Positions 1 to 13,903 of a stretch of DNA of 64,000 nucleotides are shown in pieces. The notes beneath the pieces were generated by a model that did not search any database, was not told the DNA's origin, and was given only the letters and a program-made list of their open reading frames with translations. Numbering within the stretch: position 1 is the first letter of the stretch; every line of letters begins with the position of its first letter. Source of the DNA: Thalia democratica. Its lineage: Eukaryota. The DNA is taken from positions 61,194,001 through 61,258,000 of the forward strand of contig OZ241827.1 of assembly GCA_965202585.1 (NCBI GenBank), given 5' to 3'. The translations under genes and the position numbers were made by a program.

Positions 1-683
1 AGTATGCAAAGTTAAATGCAGCTCTGTTTTATATTTCGCATTGATATCAGTTTAAAAACTGTACTTATGTATATCCAAAAGTTCATTGAAAATAAGTGTA
101 AATTGTGTTTTTTAATTAAGAGGCTACTGTTAACTGTCTGTTAGAGATTTATTTTTTAGTTTACACAAACTAACCAGATAAAATTTATCAAGTAACTTTA
201 AACTTTTTTATATATCTAGTCTAAAGGTTTTTAGTCTTAAATAGAGATCGTGTTTGTTCTAGTTTGCAAACGTGTTTGTTCTAGTTTACCTGATAATCTA
301 TTCGTGGAGGACACTTTTGTTTGTGGCCAGTCTCTTTATAACTAGTGCATTGTTGTATACATAAATACAGAAATATAAATACACTAACTTATTTTGTACT
401 GTAGAATAAAGATAATTAGTTTATTTCTATTAGTTTCTATTCCTTACAACACTCAGAGTAAAAACCTTGATGTTTACTTTTTGCTTGAGTACTTTACTGC
501 TTTCTAAATAAAATGATAGAGACGTTTTGTACGTTAATTTAGAAATTATCTTATCTACTATTACTACTAGTTTAATTATTAGAAGTATAATTTTTTTTAA
601 TGTAAATTAGTCAATTATTGATAGCTTGACATCTTTTGAAATTTTTCAGATATATATATATATATATACAAGTAGCCTAAAAC

Positions 684-878
684 ATGATCCGTAGTAGAAA
701 AGGAAACATAGTGTTTGATTTTGCCTGCTGGAAGTACCCTACTGTTTTCAAAAGAGTATTTGACGGTAGGAGGGAGGTGGCTGTGAAGTGCACCGTTTGC
801 GATAAGATGTACAACTTCAAATGTTGCAAAGACGTGGATGGTCACACTGAAGAAGCTACACATAAGTCTCTTGAAAAG
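684..878 (+). CDS. Probable coding exon with a C2H2/TTF-like zinc-finger pattern (F...W.KY...CTVC...H-x5-H); downstream exons not found
   Basis: tttttcag acceptor at 649, ATG at 684, donor gtgaaa at 879; GC-richer than flanks; CxxC...HTEEATH. Confidence 0.45.
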
Positions 879-993
879 GTGAAATTAGCTGTTTTATTAT
901 GACAGAGAATGTTTTTAGATAACTCAAAACTTCAAATAGTTGTTTGTTGTTAGTAAGGAATTTTCTAAATTATAAAAGTTACTTTAATATTTT

Positions 994-1078
994 TAGTTTG
1001 GGAAGCTTCGTGTTTAGCCACTAAATCCTTCGCCCTACTAAACACGAAAGTTAGCTTTTTTCCAGAGAGTGTTCAACG
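994..1078 (-). mobile_element. Helitron-like 3' end, inverted copy of 3694-3783
   Basis: Reverse complement aaaaaagctaactttcgtgtttagtagggcgaaggatttagtggctaaacacgaagc closely matches 3715-3772. Confidence 0.55.
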
Positions 1079-2491
1079 TTTTTTAGAATTTAACTTTTAT
1101 CTAATATGAAAGTTTATTATCGTAAATAGTTAAATAACGATGAAACCAATGCGAGTTGGTTAAATTAAATGTAAATATCAGTTTTAAACGAGCTAATTTT
1201 AAAGTGATTTTACTGTATTCTTACACTATATTTTTATCTAACTATCTATCAGTTTTAACTTAATAATGATATTAATAAAGTTTATATTAAAAAAAACAAA
1301 AAATATTTCTAAACGGAATAACTAGAACTCATTTTTAGTATTATAATTAATAATTTTAAAAGTTTCAAATTAAAGTTTTCAATACTTATTCTTTTAGTTG
1401 AAATAAACACGAACAACCGTTTAAACGTCCTTAGTAGAACCTTTTTGTACATAATTAACATTAGTAATTGGTCGAGGCATGGCTTTATAGTCAATTTAAA
1501 TAGATAATATGAGAATAAATGTACTTTTAAGGTTTAATAGACACGAAAACAAAGTTATAGCATCCAAAGTATTGTTTTTGTACATAAATTAGACAGACAG
1601 TGACATAGGTAAGTTAACAGTTTTAATAAAAAAATAAATTAATTAAAATTTTAGTAACAAAAAACATAAAAACGCTTATATAACCTCTTATGTAAAGGTT
1701 TATAGCACAAAATTACATAAAGTAATAAAACTGTAGTTTAAGCAGGTATAGTATATAAACTTACAATAAAAAAACTTTTTTAACGGGAAAAAATCAATTA
1801 AAGCGTCTTTAAAATTATTTTAAACAGATTTTTATAAAAAAAAATCAATTGCTGTTCTTAATAAAGAAAATAAACTTTTATAAAAATTTCTATATACAAT
1901 CCTTATTGACAACAAATATTACAATTCAGATAGTTTCATAATTAGTTTGGCAATTAAACTTCGTAACAGCGTTATATAGGTAATATAATTTACTAAGACA
2001 ATAAACAATTTATAAGCAATTTATAAGTAATTTATAAACAATTTAAGATTGTTGGTAAGCAGTTGAAAAAAAGACAATCTTACAAAGTATAAACTTTTTG
2101 GTAAAAAAAAGTTCAAAAAGCTTTTAAAACAATAAGTAGAGGTTTTTATCACATAAATTAGAAAAATAGTTAAAAAATGTAAGTTGAGCATGTTTAATAA
2201 AAAAAAATTACAATAAATTTATTTTTAGGTTTAAACAACCACAAAAGAATATTTAAAACGGCTTTAAAGTTGTTGTAAACAATTTATTTTAAAAATAATT
2301 AAGTCTGTACTGTATCTTATGTTTTTTTGATGAATTTTTTTTTTGTAATATTAGCAAAATAGATATACAGTTAATTGTTTTATCATATATTTCTTAAACT
2401 TAAATTTAAGAATATAACTGCCGTGCAGAAATTTTCGAAAAGTTTCTTAACTTATGAAATTTATAAAAGCTAAATACGAAAGTTATATCAA

Positions 2492-2557
2492 GGTCTAATG
2501 GCCGAGAGGTTGAGGCGCCTGTAATTGTCATAATTTAACATGGCAGGGTTCAAAACC
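2492..2557 (+). mobile_element. tRNA-derived SINE-like head or tRNA pseudogene
   Basis: A-box-like tggccgagagg and B-box-like ggttcaaaacc at tRNA-like spacing; cloverleaf not intact. Confidence 0.45.
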
Positions 2558-3693
2558 TTTCACAACTAAGTTTTCATCATTAATTGGTGATCTGCTGGAC
2601 CCACTTTTTAGGATCCGACCCGATCCGGATCCTGAACATTTTATGCTTCATGTAATTTTAATAGAGAAAAAAAACTTATAAAAATTAATTATAAAAGTTA
2701 TTTTGTATATATATCATCTTGTAGTATATATATATATAATCTAATTTTTCAAACAAGAGTCAATTTAAATTAAAAAAAAATCAACTCCCTATGGCCTTAA
2801 AAAATGAATAGTTTGGTCATAAGCTTCTTAACTTTTTTATCTGACTGTCGAATTAAGATTTGCTCTACTAATGCATTAATCACTTCCTGAAAATATGAGG
2901 TTAATTTACTAAAAAATCTAAGAAGACAAAATTTTAGTAATTTTCTTTTTTAATTTACAGGAATTCACCAATGCAAAATTGTTCTTCTATATTTCTATAA
3001 AGCTTTTTATACAAAAGACTTTATCACAAAAATTAATTGGCAATTTTTTATCTGCGAAAGCTATCTTATGGTAATTAATTATCTTATGGCATATAATTTT
3101 AGCTTTCATAAATATATTTAAATCTAATTAAAAAAAATGGATAAAGGGTTCAAAAAGCATAAGAGTGATTTCGGATTCATAAAAAAACTTAGTACTCACC
3201 TTTTGACTCAAAAAGTTTTGAGTCTAACTCTAAATTAATTGTTTTTTCAAAAGTTGTTTCTTAAAAAAGTCAGTCTAGGAATCACATTAGCTCTGCTGAT
3301 ATAAAACAGGGCTAATTGAAATTACCTTACTGAAATTTTAAGATACTAATTATAATGTGTAAATTCTTCCCAATAAATGTATTTATTTTTGTGATAAGTC
3401 AGAATGTAAGCGTTTACAACAGTGTTTTTAAAGCAAACAAAGTTATAAAAACTACAATTCTGAGTTTCCATGAATTCAAAAAAAAATCTTTCAAAAAAAT
3501 CAAATGGACTTAAAATACTATAAATTCACATTATTATCACATTTAGGCTAACATCAATTTTATTTATCTATGTGCTGTTAACTGTGTCACCATTACTATT
3601 GTTTATAACTTCAAATATTATAAGATTATATTGTATCACTCAAAAAAGTTTATGTTGTATTTTACTGTTTAACTCTTAGCACCAATTTATACG

Positions 3694-3783
3694 GTTGAAC
3701 GATTTTACCTCATTGAAAAAAGCTAACTTTCGTGCTCAGTAGAGCGAAGGTTTTGGTGGCTAAACGCGAAGCCACCCGTCTAG
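3694..3783 (+). mobile_element. Helitron-like 3' end (GC-rich subterminal segment + CTAG|T)
   Basis: ...gctaaacgcgaagccacccgtCTAG followed by t; inverted homologue at 994-1078. Confidence 0.55.
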
Positions 3784-6700
3784 TTTTATTACATTTAATA
3801 ATTAAATTTACAATAAATAATTTAATGTTTTGTTTATGTAAAATTAAGTCGGATGACACATACTTCAGTTTCAGAAATTATAATACATAAACATAAAATA
3901 AAAATAAAAAATAAAAATATCTGATAGATAACTTTAAACAGTTTAATGTAACGCAACGTTCCCTTTAAACTTAAAAAACGTTCACAGTTTCTTTTTTATC
4001 TATTGTATTGTTAATTTAGTTAACAAATTTATAGTTAAGTACCAAAAAATTAATAACAACTGCTTAGACGAGTTATGTTGTTAAGCAATAAAACATAGAA
4101 CTATTGAAGAATTTAATGTATTTTCTAATGAAATATTTTACCTTTGTTACAACTTTAAATTACTCTTAAAAGCTAAAACTAATTTACTATATTAAACCTA
4201 TTTAAATTCGGTTACTATTTAAGGTGACAATTTTATTATTTGTAAAATAACTACAGAAAAACTCTCAAATTGTTATATGATTAAATAAATCAGCTACTTT
4301 TAAACATTATCAATGTATATTTTTAATTGTAATTACGTTTTTATCTACAGACACAAAACACGTAAAATATCTGAAAAATTTTCTGGAAAAGATAGCAAGA
4401 TAGTTTCTTCATTTCAACAAAGAGCAGATTTGCAATGTTTTTAAAGTCGTACTTGGTTTTTTCGTTAAAATAAAATATTTTATGTGTTTTGATAGTATTA
4501 ATTTTGTTTAAACCTGGTTTTACCAAAAACTATTGAGTTGTAAGTAATATAAATAGGCAATTAGTTATGCTATCAAGCTGACGCACTTTACAAAGACTTT
4601 AAGTTTTTCGTGTCTAACAGTTGTCAACAATACATTACACGTCATGTAACTTCTAAGTTTAAATCTATAAATAAAATGCTAAATTTATATGTTAAATTTA
4701 TTGGTGATCCATATCACTTTTTTATTGACAGAAAATTATTTTTTGTAAGAATCATGTAAATGTAAAACAGACGACATTTAAAATTATCTGTTTAAATAAT
4801 AAATATCAAAAAAATTTAAAATTAAATTATCTTTGAAAAATATGTTATTTATTTTTTTTTTTTTAATTGGATTAAATTATTTTATTTTAAGATAGTTTTT
4901 CATTAAAAAACTTCTGTATACAATAATTTGTTATTTTCTGTTTTTTACATGGGACAAAAGCATACATTTTGGTTACTTAACTTTTGAAATATGTGGTTAT
5001 TAAACTATTTAAATTTTCAAGGTTTACTAAATGATTTTATGAAATATTTAAACAAAAAAATTTATTTTTCATAATATTTTAAAGAATACCGAAATAGTTT
5101 TTTCTTAGTTTTAGAAATATGTTTTGTTTTTATACTTTATGTTTTAAGTTAGTGTTACTTAAAATAAAAGTTGCTATTTTAAGAAGATTGTCTTCGGTCT
5201 AAAAGCTTAACCTTAAAAGTTTAACTTTATAAAAGTTTAACCAAATTTCTAGCAATAATAGACCTTCAATCTTAATATTTTATCAATAACTGGTCAAGGT
5301 GCCTTTAAACAAAGGTTTTACTAACTTTTTTAATAAGGTCTCCCTTTTGAAGAAATTTAAAATGATGTGCTCCCTTCTAATAAGATTCCTCAAAAAACTA
5401 CCCCAAGATACTTTTTACATTGATCTTTATCACCAACTCCAAAATACTTAGTGTTAGGTCCAAATCATGGTGAAATTTGAATCTCTGGTCTAGTGTAAGT
5501 TCTAAAACTACCCTTAAGTTTGCTCAGACCTGATTTTTTTTGCTCTTTACAATTAAATCTAAAATATCCAGTGCAAGTTTAAAGTTATGGCTTATGGTCA
5601 CTAAAACTCTAAAATGTCTTCTAAAGGGGCCATACTGTTAATATTAGGAAACTCTGTTTCATGTAGCCTATAATTTTTTTATCAATTACATCACACTAAT
5701 AGATAAACATTTAAATTAATTTATTTACATTTTCTTTTCATTAAAATAATTGCACCGGTGCACCATAAAACTTTTCGGATATTGAGCCGCACACCACTTA
5801 GATAACTTTTAACGTCTTGTTCAGGACAATATAGTTAAAATAAACTAAGATAGAATAAACATGAGAAAAAATAATAAGTTTTAAAAATATTTATCATTTT
5901 CAAACATACGAAAAGATGTTTAGGAAAGAAGTTTTAAATAAAGTATTATTATATTCTCATAACTGTTTAAAACTAGCAGTATTTAATTATTCAAAGTTTA
6001 TAATCATTACTTAGTCTGAATAATTTTAATTTTATACTAGCGTTGAAAAGTAAAAATTACTTATAAAATAAATGAACAAATTTTGAAAGTAAAAAAATAT
6101 CTTTTTGAAAATAGTTTATGAAATTCAAAAAAAAGAATAAAAACTTTGGTGTCAAAGAATTTATGATACAACCAGATTTTAATGTAAACAAAACGATTAA
6201 AACTTGTTAGTGAAGACAACTTCAATATGCCTTTATAACTATTTTACAGTGTGCATTAATCTACTTGACAAGAGTGGACATTAATATGTAACACTGTGCA
6301 GTAATCTGTCGTAGTCTAACAAAACATATTTTTAAAGAGGTCGGTTTGCACAAGTGTCTAAAATTATTTAAAAAAAATAGTTTTTTTATACATCAAGGTT
6401 GTTTGGTTTAAATAAAATTATATGTGATAGTTTTACTTAAAAGCAATATTAAGTTAGTGTTTTAGGTAGATCACAAAATTAAATTATTGCAATATTTTGG
6501 TATTTTTAAGATTTTATGCTTGCCTTTATAGAAAATATAGTTTTTTTTTTTTTTTATGTTTTATAATGTCTAGTTTTTCTTATAATGACAATTTTCTAGG
6601 AAGTCTTGTTTAATTTTGAAAACAAGCTATACTTAGCTATTACATTTTTTAAAGTTATACGTTGTATATAATGTATAGTTGATATGGTATATATAAATTC

Positions 6701-9312
6701 AAAAATGAATTTAAAGTTTGTATTTAAATTCTATTAAATTTTATAATATATTAGATATTCACGTTTTGGCTGTTTGTAATTAGTTCTATAGAATCAGGTT
6801 TAAGAAAAAAAAATAATTTTGTTTGTTTTTAAATAATTTTTATTTGTAAAATAATTTCAACAATCCTGTAAAATACCCAGGTACTTTTCAACGCTATCCA
6901 AAATGGCTTTTTTTACGAATTTTTTCACAATATGGCTTTATGTTTTGTTAAAATAGATACCCAAAAGAACAAAAGTATTCTATTTAGTTTCAGTGAGAGG
7001 CAGTGCAGTTATACAAGTGAAGGTAAAGAAGTTAGTTTTTCTACTTATATAGAATTAATATAAATACTGTTCTTTATGTTTTGTGTTATAAGACAGATGT
7101 TAATAAGTATTTAATGTAACAAAAATTTTACAATTTGTACATAATTTATACAAAGTAATGTTGATGGTTGATCTTTAAACTATTAGAATGTTTATTCTAT
7201 TATAGTTTTTCATTAAATAATGGAAATAAGAAAAACTATTTTAGAACAAATACTTACTTATTAATATGAGGTTGGCATTTAGCCAAGACTTGTGGAAATT
7301 TTTCAGTTTCAATTTACAAAAAAAATTGTCAAACTTTATAAAGAATTTTATTAATAAAATATTTTTAAATAAATTGTTCCCTTAAAGTAGCAAACAAAGT
7401 ATAATGTATCATTGTAAAAGAGTACAAGTAAATATAATTAAAATTAAATAAATTAAATTAAATAAAAAAGTTGTGAAATTTTTCTGTTTTTTATTTTAAA
7501 TTAGTATTTGCTATAAATAAATTTTGGGGATTTTACAGAAGAACCTTGTAAATTTAAAAAAAGGTTTAAATAACTTTTAAGTAATAATTATGCCTTCATT
7601 CTTATTCTCTTAGTGTTTAATAATCATAGTGTCTCTAAACAGCAGTTTGCCAAAGTGGGCCATAAGCTAGCTGCAAAGGAGCCAAAACCTGGGGTCATTA
7701 GTAGTTGAGACCATGAGGCCAAAAATTAAAACTTACTTTACTTATTTTTAAATTGATGATGAAATGTAAAAAAAAGGTTTCAGGCGTATTTAAAGGTAAT
7801 TTTATTCCTTATTCTCACTTACGCTAGTCAGGCTATTTTAAAGACTCTTAAAATATCAGGCTAATTAAGGCTTATTTTAGAGTATTAAACTTGAATTGTT
7901 TTTTCTTATAAAAAACAAGGCTAGTTTTTGTCACTCAGGCTTGCTTTTTTTTTTTTGCAAAATTAAACTTATGATGTATGTTTGGTTTAATTCACAGTTT
8001 CTGTAATAACCCCGTAAGATACTTAATTTATGTTTTTAATTCTAGAAAAAAAAAAATTATACCTTGGTATTTTCACGTCTTATCAAAATGGCTTTTCTAA
8101 GAATGTTTTCACAGTATGGTTTTATGTTTTAAAGATGTTTAACTACTTACCTCAGTTTTAGTGAGTATTATAGCAGTGAAGGTATACAAATTAATTTTTC
8201 AACATACATAAAACTGTTATAAATACTTATACTTAATGTTTTGTGTTAAAAGACAGATGTTAAAAATTATTTAATCTAACAAAAATTTTAAAATTTATAC
8301 TTAAGCTATATAAAGTAATAATGATGGTTGAATTTTAGACTAGTAGGCTGTTTATCTCAATTAAGTTTTTATTAAGTAGTGGAAATTTAAAAAAATTAAA
8401 AATTATTATTCTTAAAAGTTTTACAACAAATACTTACTTATCAAAAAGAGATTGGCCATTAAACCTAGATATCTGGAAATTTATAAGTTTATTAAATTTA
8501 CAAAAATGTCCTCAAATTTGATAAAGAATTTTATTCACAAAATATGTTTCAATAAATGGTTCTATGACAGTAATAAACAAAGTATACTGTATTCAATATC
8601 ATTATAAAGCAGTATGACTAACAAAAATTAAATAAAAAAGGTATGAAGTGTTTCTGCTTTGTCTTTTAAATCAGTATTTTTAAACATAAATTTTGGGAAT
8701 TTTAAAAATGACTCTTGTTAATTTAGAAAAAAGGTTAAATAACATTTTAGCAATAGTAGGCCTTCATTATTATTGTCTTAGTTATTAATAATTATGGTGT
8801 CTCTATTCAACAGTTTCCCAAAGTTGTCCACAAGCTAGCTGCAAAAGGGCAAAAAGATTAGGCCATTAGTAATAAGGGGCCATGAGGCCAAAAATTAAAA
8901 CTTACACTACATATTTTTAAGTTGGTGATGAAAAGTAAAAAAAGGTTTCAGAGGTATTAAAAGGTAGTATTGAAATTTATTTTCACTTAAGCTAGTCAGG
9001 CTATTTTAAAGAATCTTAAAATATCAGGTTAATTCAGGCTTATTTTAAAATATTTTAGCTTGAACTGATTTTATTCTAAAAAACCAGGCTAGTTTTTGGT
9101 CACTCAGGCTTTTTTTTTTTTTGAATTAAACTTTTTGTTCCATTCACAGCTCCTGTAAGATACTTAATTTATGTATAAAATATTAGCAACATAAAAAATA
9201 CTTAAAGTATTTACCCTGGTATTTTTTAAATTTTTCCAAAATGGCTTTTTTAATTTTTCCAAAATGGCTTTTTTAAGAATGTTTTCACATTATGGCTTTA
9301 TGTTTTAAAGTT

Positions 9313-10261
9313 ACGAGCATAAAGTTATTGTTATAGGAAAATTTATTAATTTTTAAAAAAACATAAAACTTTAATGTCAATTATTTTCCTTATCTTAAAA
9401 GCTATCTAAAATTTTTTTTTTTATTTTAGAGAACGCACCTTTGCCTTTAATTTAAAAAAAAATTATTTAATTTGGGGTTGGAATTTTTTCATGGGGTCCC
9501 TCCAAAAATAAAGGTTTTTTTTCGTTTTTTTTTATCAAATTGTATTAGAACCAAAAATAAATATTTTTTTTTAATTTTTTATTTTGATTTCCCTTAGTTT
9601 GCATGTTATAAAAACTCGTAAATAGGTATTTTATAAATAATGTTAATATCTTTTACGATTTGGCCCAAAATCAAAATGTAGTATATTACACTATCATTTG
9701 CCTTGGCCATTTCCTAGATAAAAAAATGATAAAAGGAAAAAAAAAGTTAATAAGAATGTGAATTACATCAAACTAAATTAAAATAAAATAATTTAATTAA
9801 ATTTGTTGTATATTCACATTCTTATTAACTTTTTTTTTCTTTTTATCAATTTTTTATCTAGGAAATGGCCAAGGCAAATGATAGTGTAATATACTACATT
9901 TTGATTTTGGGCCAAATCGTAAAAGATATTAACATTATTTATAAAATAACTATTTACGAGTTAAAATAACATGCAAACTAAAGGAAATCAAAAAAAAAAA
10001 TTAAAAAAAAATATTTATTTTTGGTTCTAATACCATTTAATAAAAAAAACGAAAAAAAAACCTTTATTTTTGGAGGGACCCCATGAAAAAATTCCAACCC
10101 CAAATTAAATAATTTTTTTTAAATTAAAGGCAAAGGTGCGTTCTCTAAAATAAAAAAAAAAATTTTAGATAGCTTTTAAGATAAGGAAAATAATTGACAT
10201 TAAAGTTTTATGTTTTTTGAAAAATTAATAAATTTTCCTATAACAATAACTTTATGCTCGT
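9313..10261. mobile_element. Foldback / MULE-like non-autonomous element, almost fully palindromic (~450-bp arms)
   Basis: Ends ACGAGCATAAAG...CTTTATGCTCGT; arms are near-perfect reverse complements; 9-bp direct repeat tttaaagtt at 9304-9312 and 10262-10270. Confidence 0.9.
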
Positions 10262-10836
10262 TTTAAAGTTGAATAAGTAGTTACTAACAGAACATAAGTA
10301 TTTTTTTTTAGTTCCAGTGAGTATTTTAGCAGTGAAGGTATAGAAATTATTTTTTCTATTATATAAAACTATTATAAATACTAATACATTATGTTTTGTG
10401 TTATAAGGTAGATGTTAAAAATTATTTAGTATAACAAAATGATTACAATTTATTCATTAGATATATGAAGTAATGTTAGTCATTGATCTTTAAACTAATA
10501 AAATGTTTATTCTAATTCAGTTTTTCATAAAATAGTAAATATTTCAAAAATTTTTTTTTTAAATATACTTACTTAATAATAAGAGGTTAGCATTTATACC
10601 TAGAATTCTGGAAATTTATAAGTTTTTTAAATTTACAAAAATAATCATCAAACTTGATCAATAATTTTATTTACAAAATGTTTTTAAATAAATTGTTCTC
10701 AGAAAGTAGTAAACAAAGTATAGTATATCATTGTAAAAGAGTATAACTAAAAAAAAAATAAAAAAACAGATATAAATTTATTCTGTTTTATTCTTTAAAT
10801 TAGTATTTTTTATACCTAAGTTTTGGGGATTTTAAA

Positions 10837-11176
10837 CAGGGTTGCCTGTTTACCTAGAAACCTGGAAAAACCTGGAATTTGAGAACTTTTGAAAAAAACT
10901 TAGAAAAACCTGGAATTTTAAATAGTTTTCATATCTTACATAAAAAAAAATTGATTTCAATTTTAAAATCTATCAAATAGATAAAAGAAATTTGTCATTT
11001 TAAAAAGTTTTTTTACTACAAAACACATTTGAAGTAGATATACATTATCTTTTCTACTTTTTTATAAACTTTAATACAGTTTTTTACCTTAAATTTAACT
11101 TTTATTTAAATATAGACCCAGAAATAAGTAATTTTAATACCTGGAGAAAAGTTACCACAGTGCAATGGTAACCCTG
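10837..11176. mobile_element. MITE of the CAGGGTTGCC-terminus family
   Basis: CAGGGTTGCC...GGTAACCCTG ends, tttaaa on both flanks, absent from the paralogous tandem units. Confidence 0.8.
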
Positions 11177-11876
11177 TTTAAAAGAGAATCTTGTAAGTTA
11201 GAAAAAAGTGTAAATAATATTTTAGCAACAGTGAGGCCTTCATTCTAAATATCTTAGTTATTAGTAATCATGGTGTCTCTAAACAACAATTTCCTAAAGT
11301 GGGCCATAAACTAGCTAGAAAAGGGCAAAATGAGGGGTCATTAGTAGTTAGGGGCCGAAAATGAAAACTTACACTACATATAAAGGTAGTTTTGAAACTT
11401 ATTCTCACTCAGACTAAGTCAGGCTAGTGTTAAGACCTTTAAAAAATATAAGGCTATTGTAGACTTATTTTCAATAATTTTAGCTTAAACTGATTTTATT
11501 CTAAACATCTAGGCTAGTTTTTGGTTTGCTTTTTTTTTGCAAAATTAAACTTCTGGTGCCTGTTTCGTTCAATCAACAGTTTTGTTTTAAACTTTAGGTA
11601 AAACTTTAAGAATCTGCTCTAATTTAAAATGCTATGATAATTGTATATATATATAAATGTGAACAATGCTCACTAGTTTAAAAGTAATTTAAGCCTGAAA
11701 ACATTTTGAGGTACTAAAACTGGTTTTAATTTGCTTTTAAAAAGAGTAGAAGTCCTGATCCCTTGAACTTTATTAGGAGTTCAAAAGCATTAAATTTTAT
11801 ATTACAACTCTATACTTAATAATGCCTTGCTTTGTAATAAATGTATACAAAAAAAAAATATTAACAATAAATATAT

Positions 11877-12379
11877 CAGGGTTGCCACACACTTAAAATA
11901 CTCAGTTAATTTAGAATGTTTAGAAGTTTTTGAAAATCTCAGAATGATCCTAGATAGCTCAGGCTATCTCAGAACATTTTTTTAACTCAGGATCGTTCTT
12001 TTTTTATTAACTTTAGATAGTTATAAGATGTTTTAAAGCATGACAGATTTTTCAGGTTTCAAGTTAGAGGGTTTCAAAATGCTTTTGGCAAATGTTCTAC
12101 AGGTTTTTATTAGTATATACTTTTAGGTCTACTTTTAGGTAAAAAACTAAGTTCAATGGTATAAAAACATTAAAAAGATACTGTTATGTAAAGCCACTGA
12201 CAAAATGTTTTTATCTATATGATAGATTTTTTGTGTCAAATCGAAATTCTACTACCTAACATATTAAAATTGATAAAAGTTTTAAGTTTTTTTTTTCAGA
12301 TTTAACAAACTTCTGGTTTTTCAAGGTTTTTTAGCCTAAATTTTCAAATTCAAGATATCCAGGTTTTTTGGCAACCCTG
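11877..12379. mobile_element. CAGGGTTGCC-family MITE (possibly composite)
   Basis: cagggttgcca ... tggcaaccctg termini. Confidence 0.7.
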
Positions 12380-13903
12380 GTTAGACTAAGTGTTTAAGAT
12401 GGTAGATAATTTTATTAGTCAATGCAAATAGTCCAACAAATATCTACAATTTATTTAGACTTTTATGTGTAACTAAAAATTTTTAAGGTTATCAATGTGA
12501 ATAAAAGTATAAATGCGTTTTAAAGTGTGTGATTAAAACTAAAATAAGTAGAATAATAAAATATCACTAAAACTATAAACTTCTGTTTCCGAAGATTTTA
12601 AAGCTTGAAATTTGTCTTGCAAGCACCAGTTACCTGCTAACCCCTGTTCTTTTAAGTATTTTTTTAAATTATATATACTACATTTTTAAAAATAGTATGT
12701 TATATGCAGTGTGTAGTTGGTATCGTATATATGGTATACTAACAGTTTCCAACTAAAAATAAATATTTTTCCTCTTAATTTATTTATTTTTAATTCATAT
12801 TTTTTCAATTATTATTTTTGTTTCCTTTAACTATTACCCCTAAACTTTAATCTTGGTCAGTAAGCTGTTCTTGGATTTAGTCGTGTAGGAATAAAAGTAT
12901 AATCTTGAGTTTTAGTCAGTGTCTGAGCAGAAAAGGTATACAAGTAATCATTTTTTTAATTTGCGAAATTTACTAGTAAAACTAACACTTTCAGTGTTGT
13001 GTAATAAAACAGATAAATCAGTTGGTAACAAATGTAAATAAAATTTTAACTGTCGAAATAGGAAGTTAAGTACTTCAATAACGTAATTGATATCGACTCG
13101 TTCCAAAATTAAACTAGATTTTTAATAACCATAAATTTAACTTTACAAATGCTTTGTGAAAATTGTTTATTTAAATTTTACTAAAGTTAAAAAAAAAGAT
13201 ATTTAACTCTGATAAAATTTTTGATTGTTTTAGTTAGTTATAAACTCTTTTACAAGTATATTTACAAAACTAAAAACTGAATAAAACTTATTTGTACCCT
13301 TTTAGAAAGTTAATTATAAATTTAAAACCTTTTTTTTTTAATTTTAATTTCTTTTATAATACAAGTTAAAATTAAAGTTTAAATTTGTAAAGTATTAGTT
13401 AGTGTTTTTATTTGTATGCTAGAAAGAGTACATTGAAAAAATGTCCAAGTATGACCTTAAAATTTTAAATATAGTCAGTTATAACCACTTAAAATGTTCT
13501 ATAAAGTTGCATAAGTTATAATGAAATTGAAATCTTGCTAAATCCATAAAATTTAAACGTAAGTTTTACAAGAATACTTTACTAAAATTCTGGAGCTGAC
13601 ATGTATTGAAATTTAAAAGTTTGAAAAATCGGAAGGTTGTTATTTTTTACTTAATTTATAACATATACAATTATCTGGCTAGCGAATATTTTAGCCTATT
13701 AAACAATAAATAAAAATATAGGAAATTTTATAATGCTTTACTAAATTATTTAGTTTAAAGAATCTTACTATATCAAACTAATTTAGGCTTGTTAATTTTT
13801 TATTAAATTGGGTTTTATCACCAACTATTTTAAATATCTAAAACCTGAAGAACTAGTTGAAATCTTACTTTTAGCTTTTAATGCTTGATTTTTTTTTTAA
13901 ATT

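Larger units (their letters stand above)
6870..11580. repeat. Three diverged tandem copies of a ~1.15-1.2 kb non-coding block (starts ~6874, ~8059, ~9212); the third copy is interrupted by two insertions
   Basis: Shared anchors in all copies: caaaatggcttt, agtgag..gcagtgaaggta, tactta, aaagtgggcca.aa.ctagct, gctagtcaggcta, ggctagtttt. Confidence 0.85.

Noticed and set aside
2492-2557. Functional tRNA gene
   Set aside because: A and B boxes are present but acceptor and anticodon stems do not pair convincingly; kept only as SINE-like
2961-3070. Possible second exon for the 684 zinc-finger exon
   Set aside because: AT-rich, not coding-like, and appears to lie within a repeat; no protein signal
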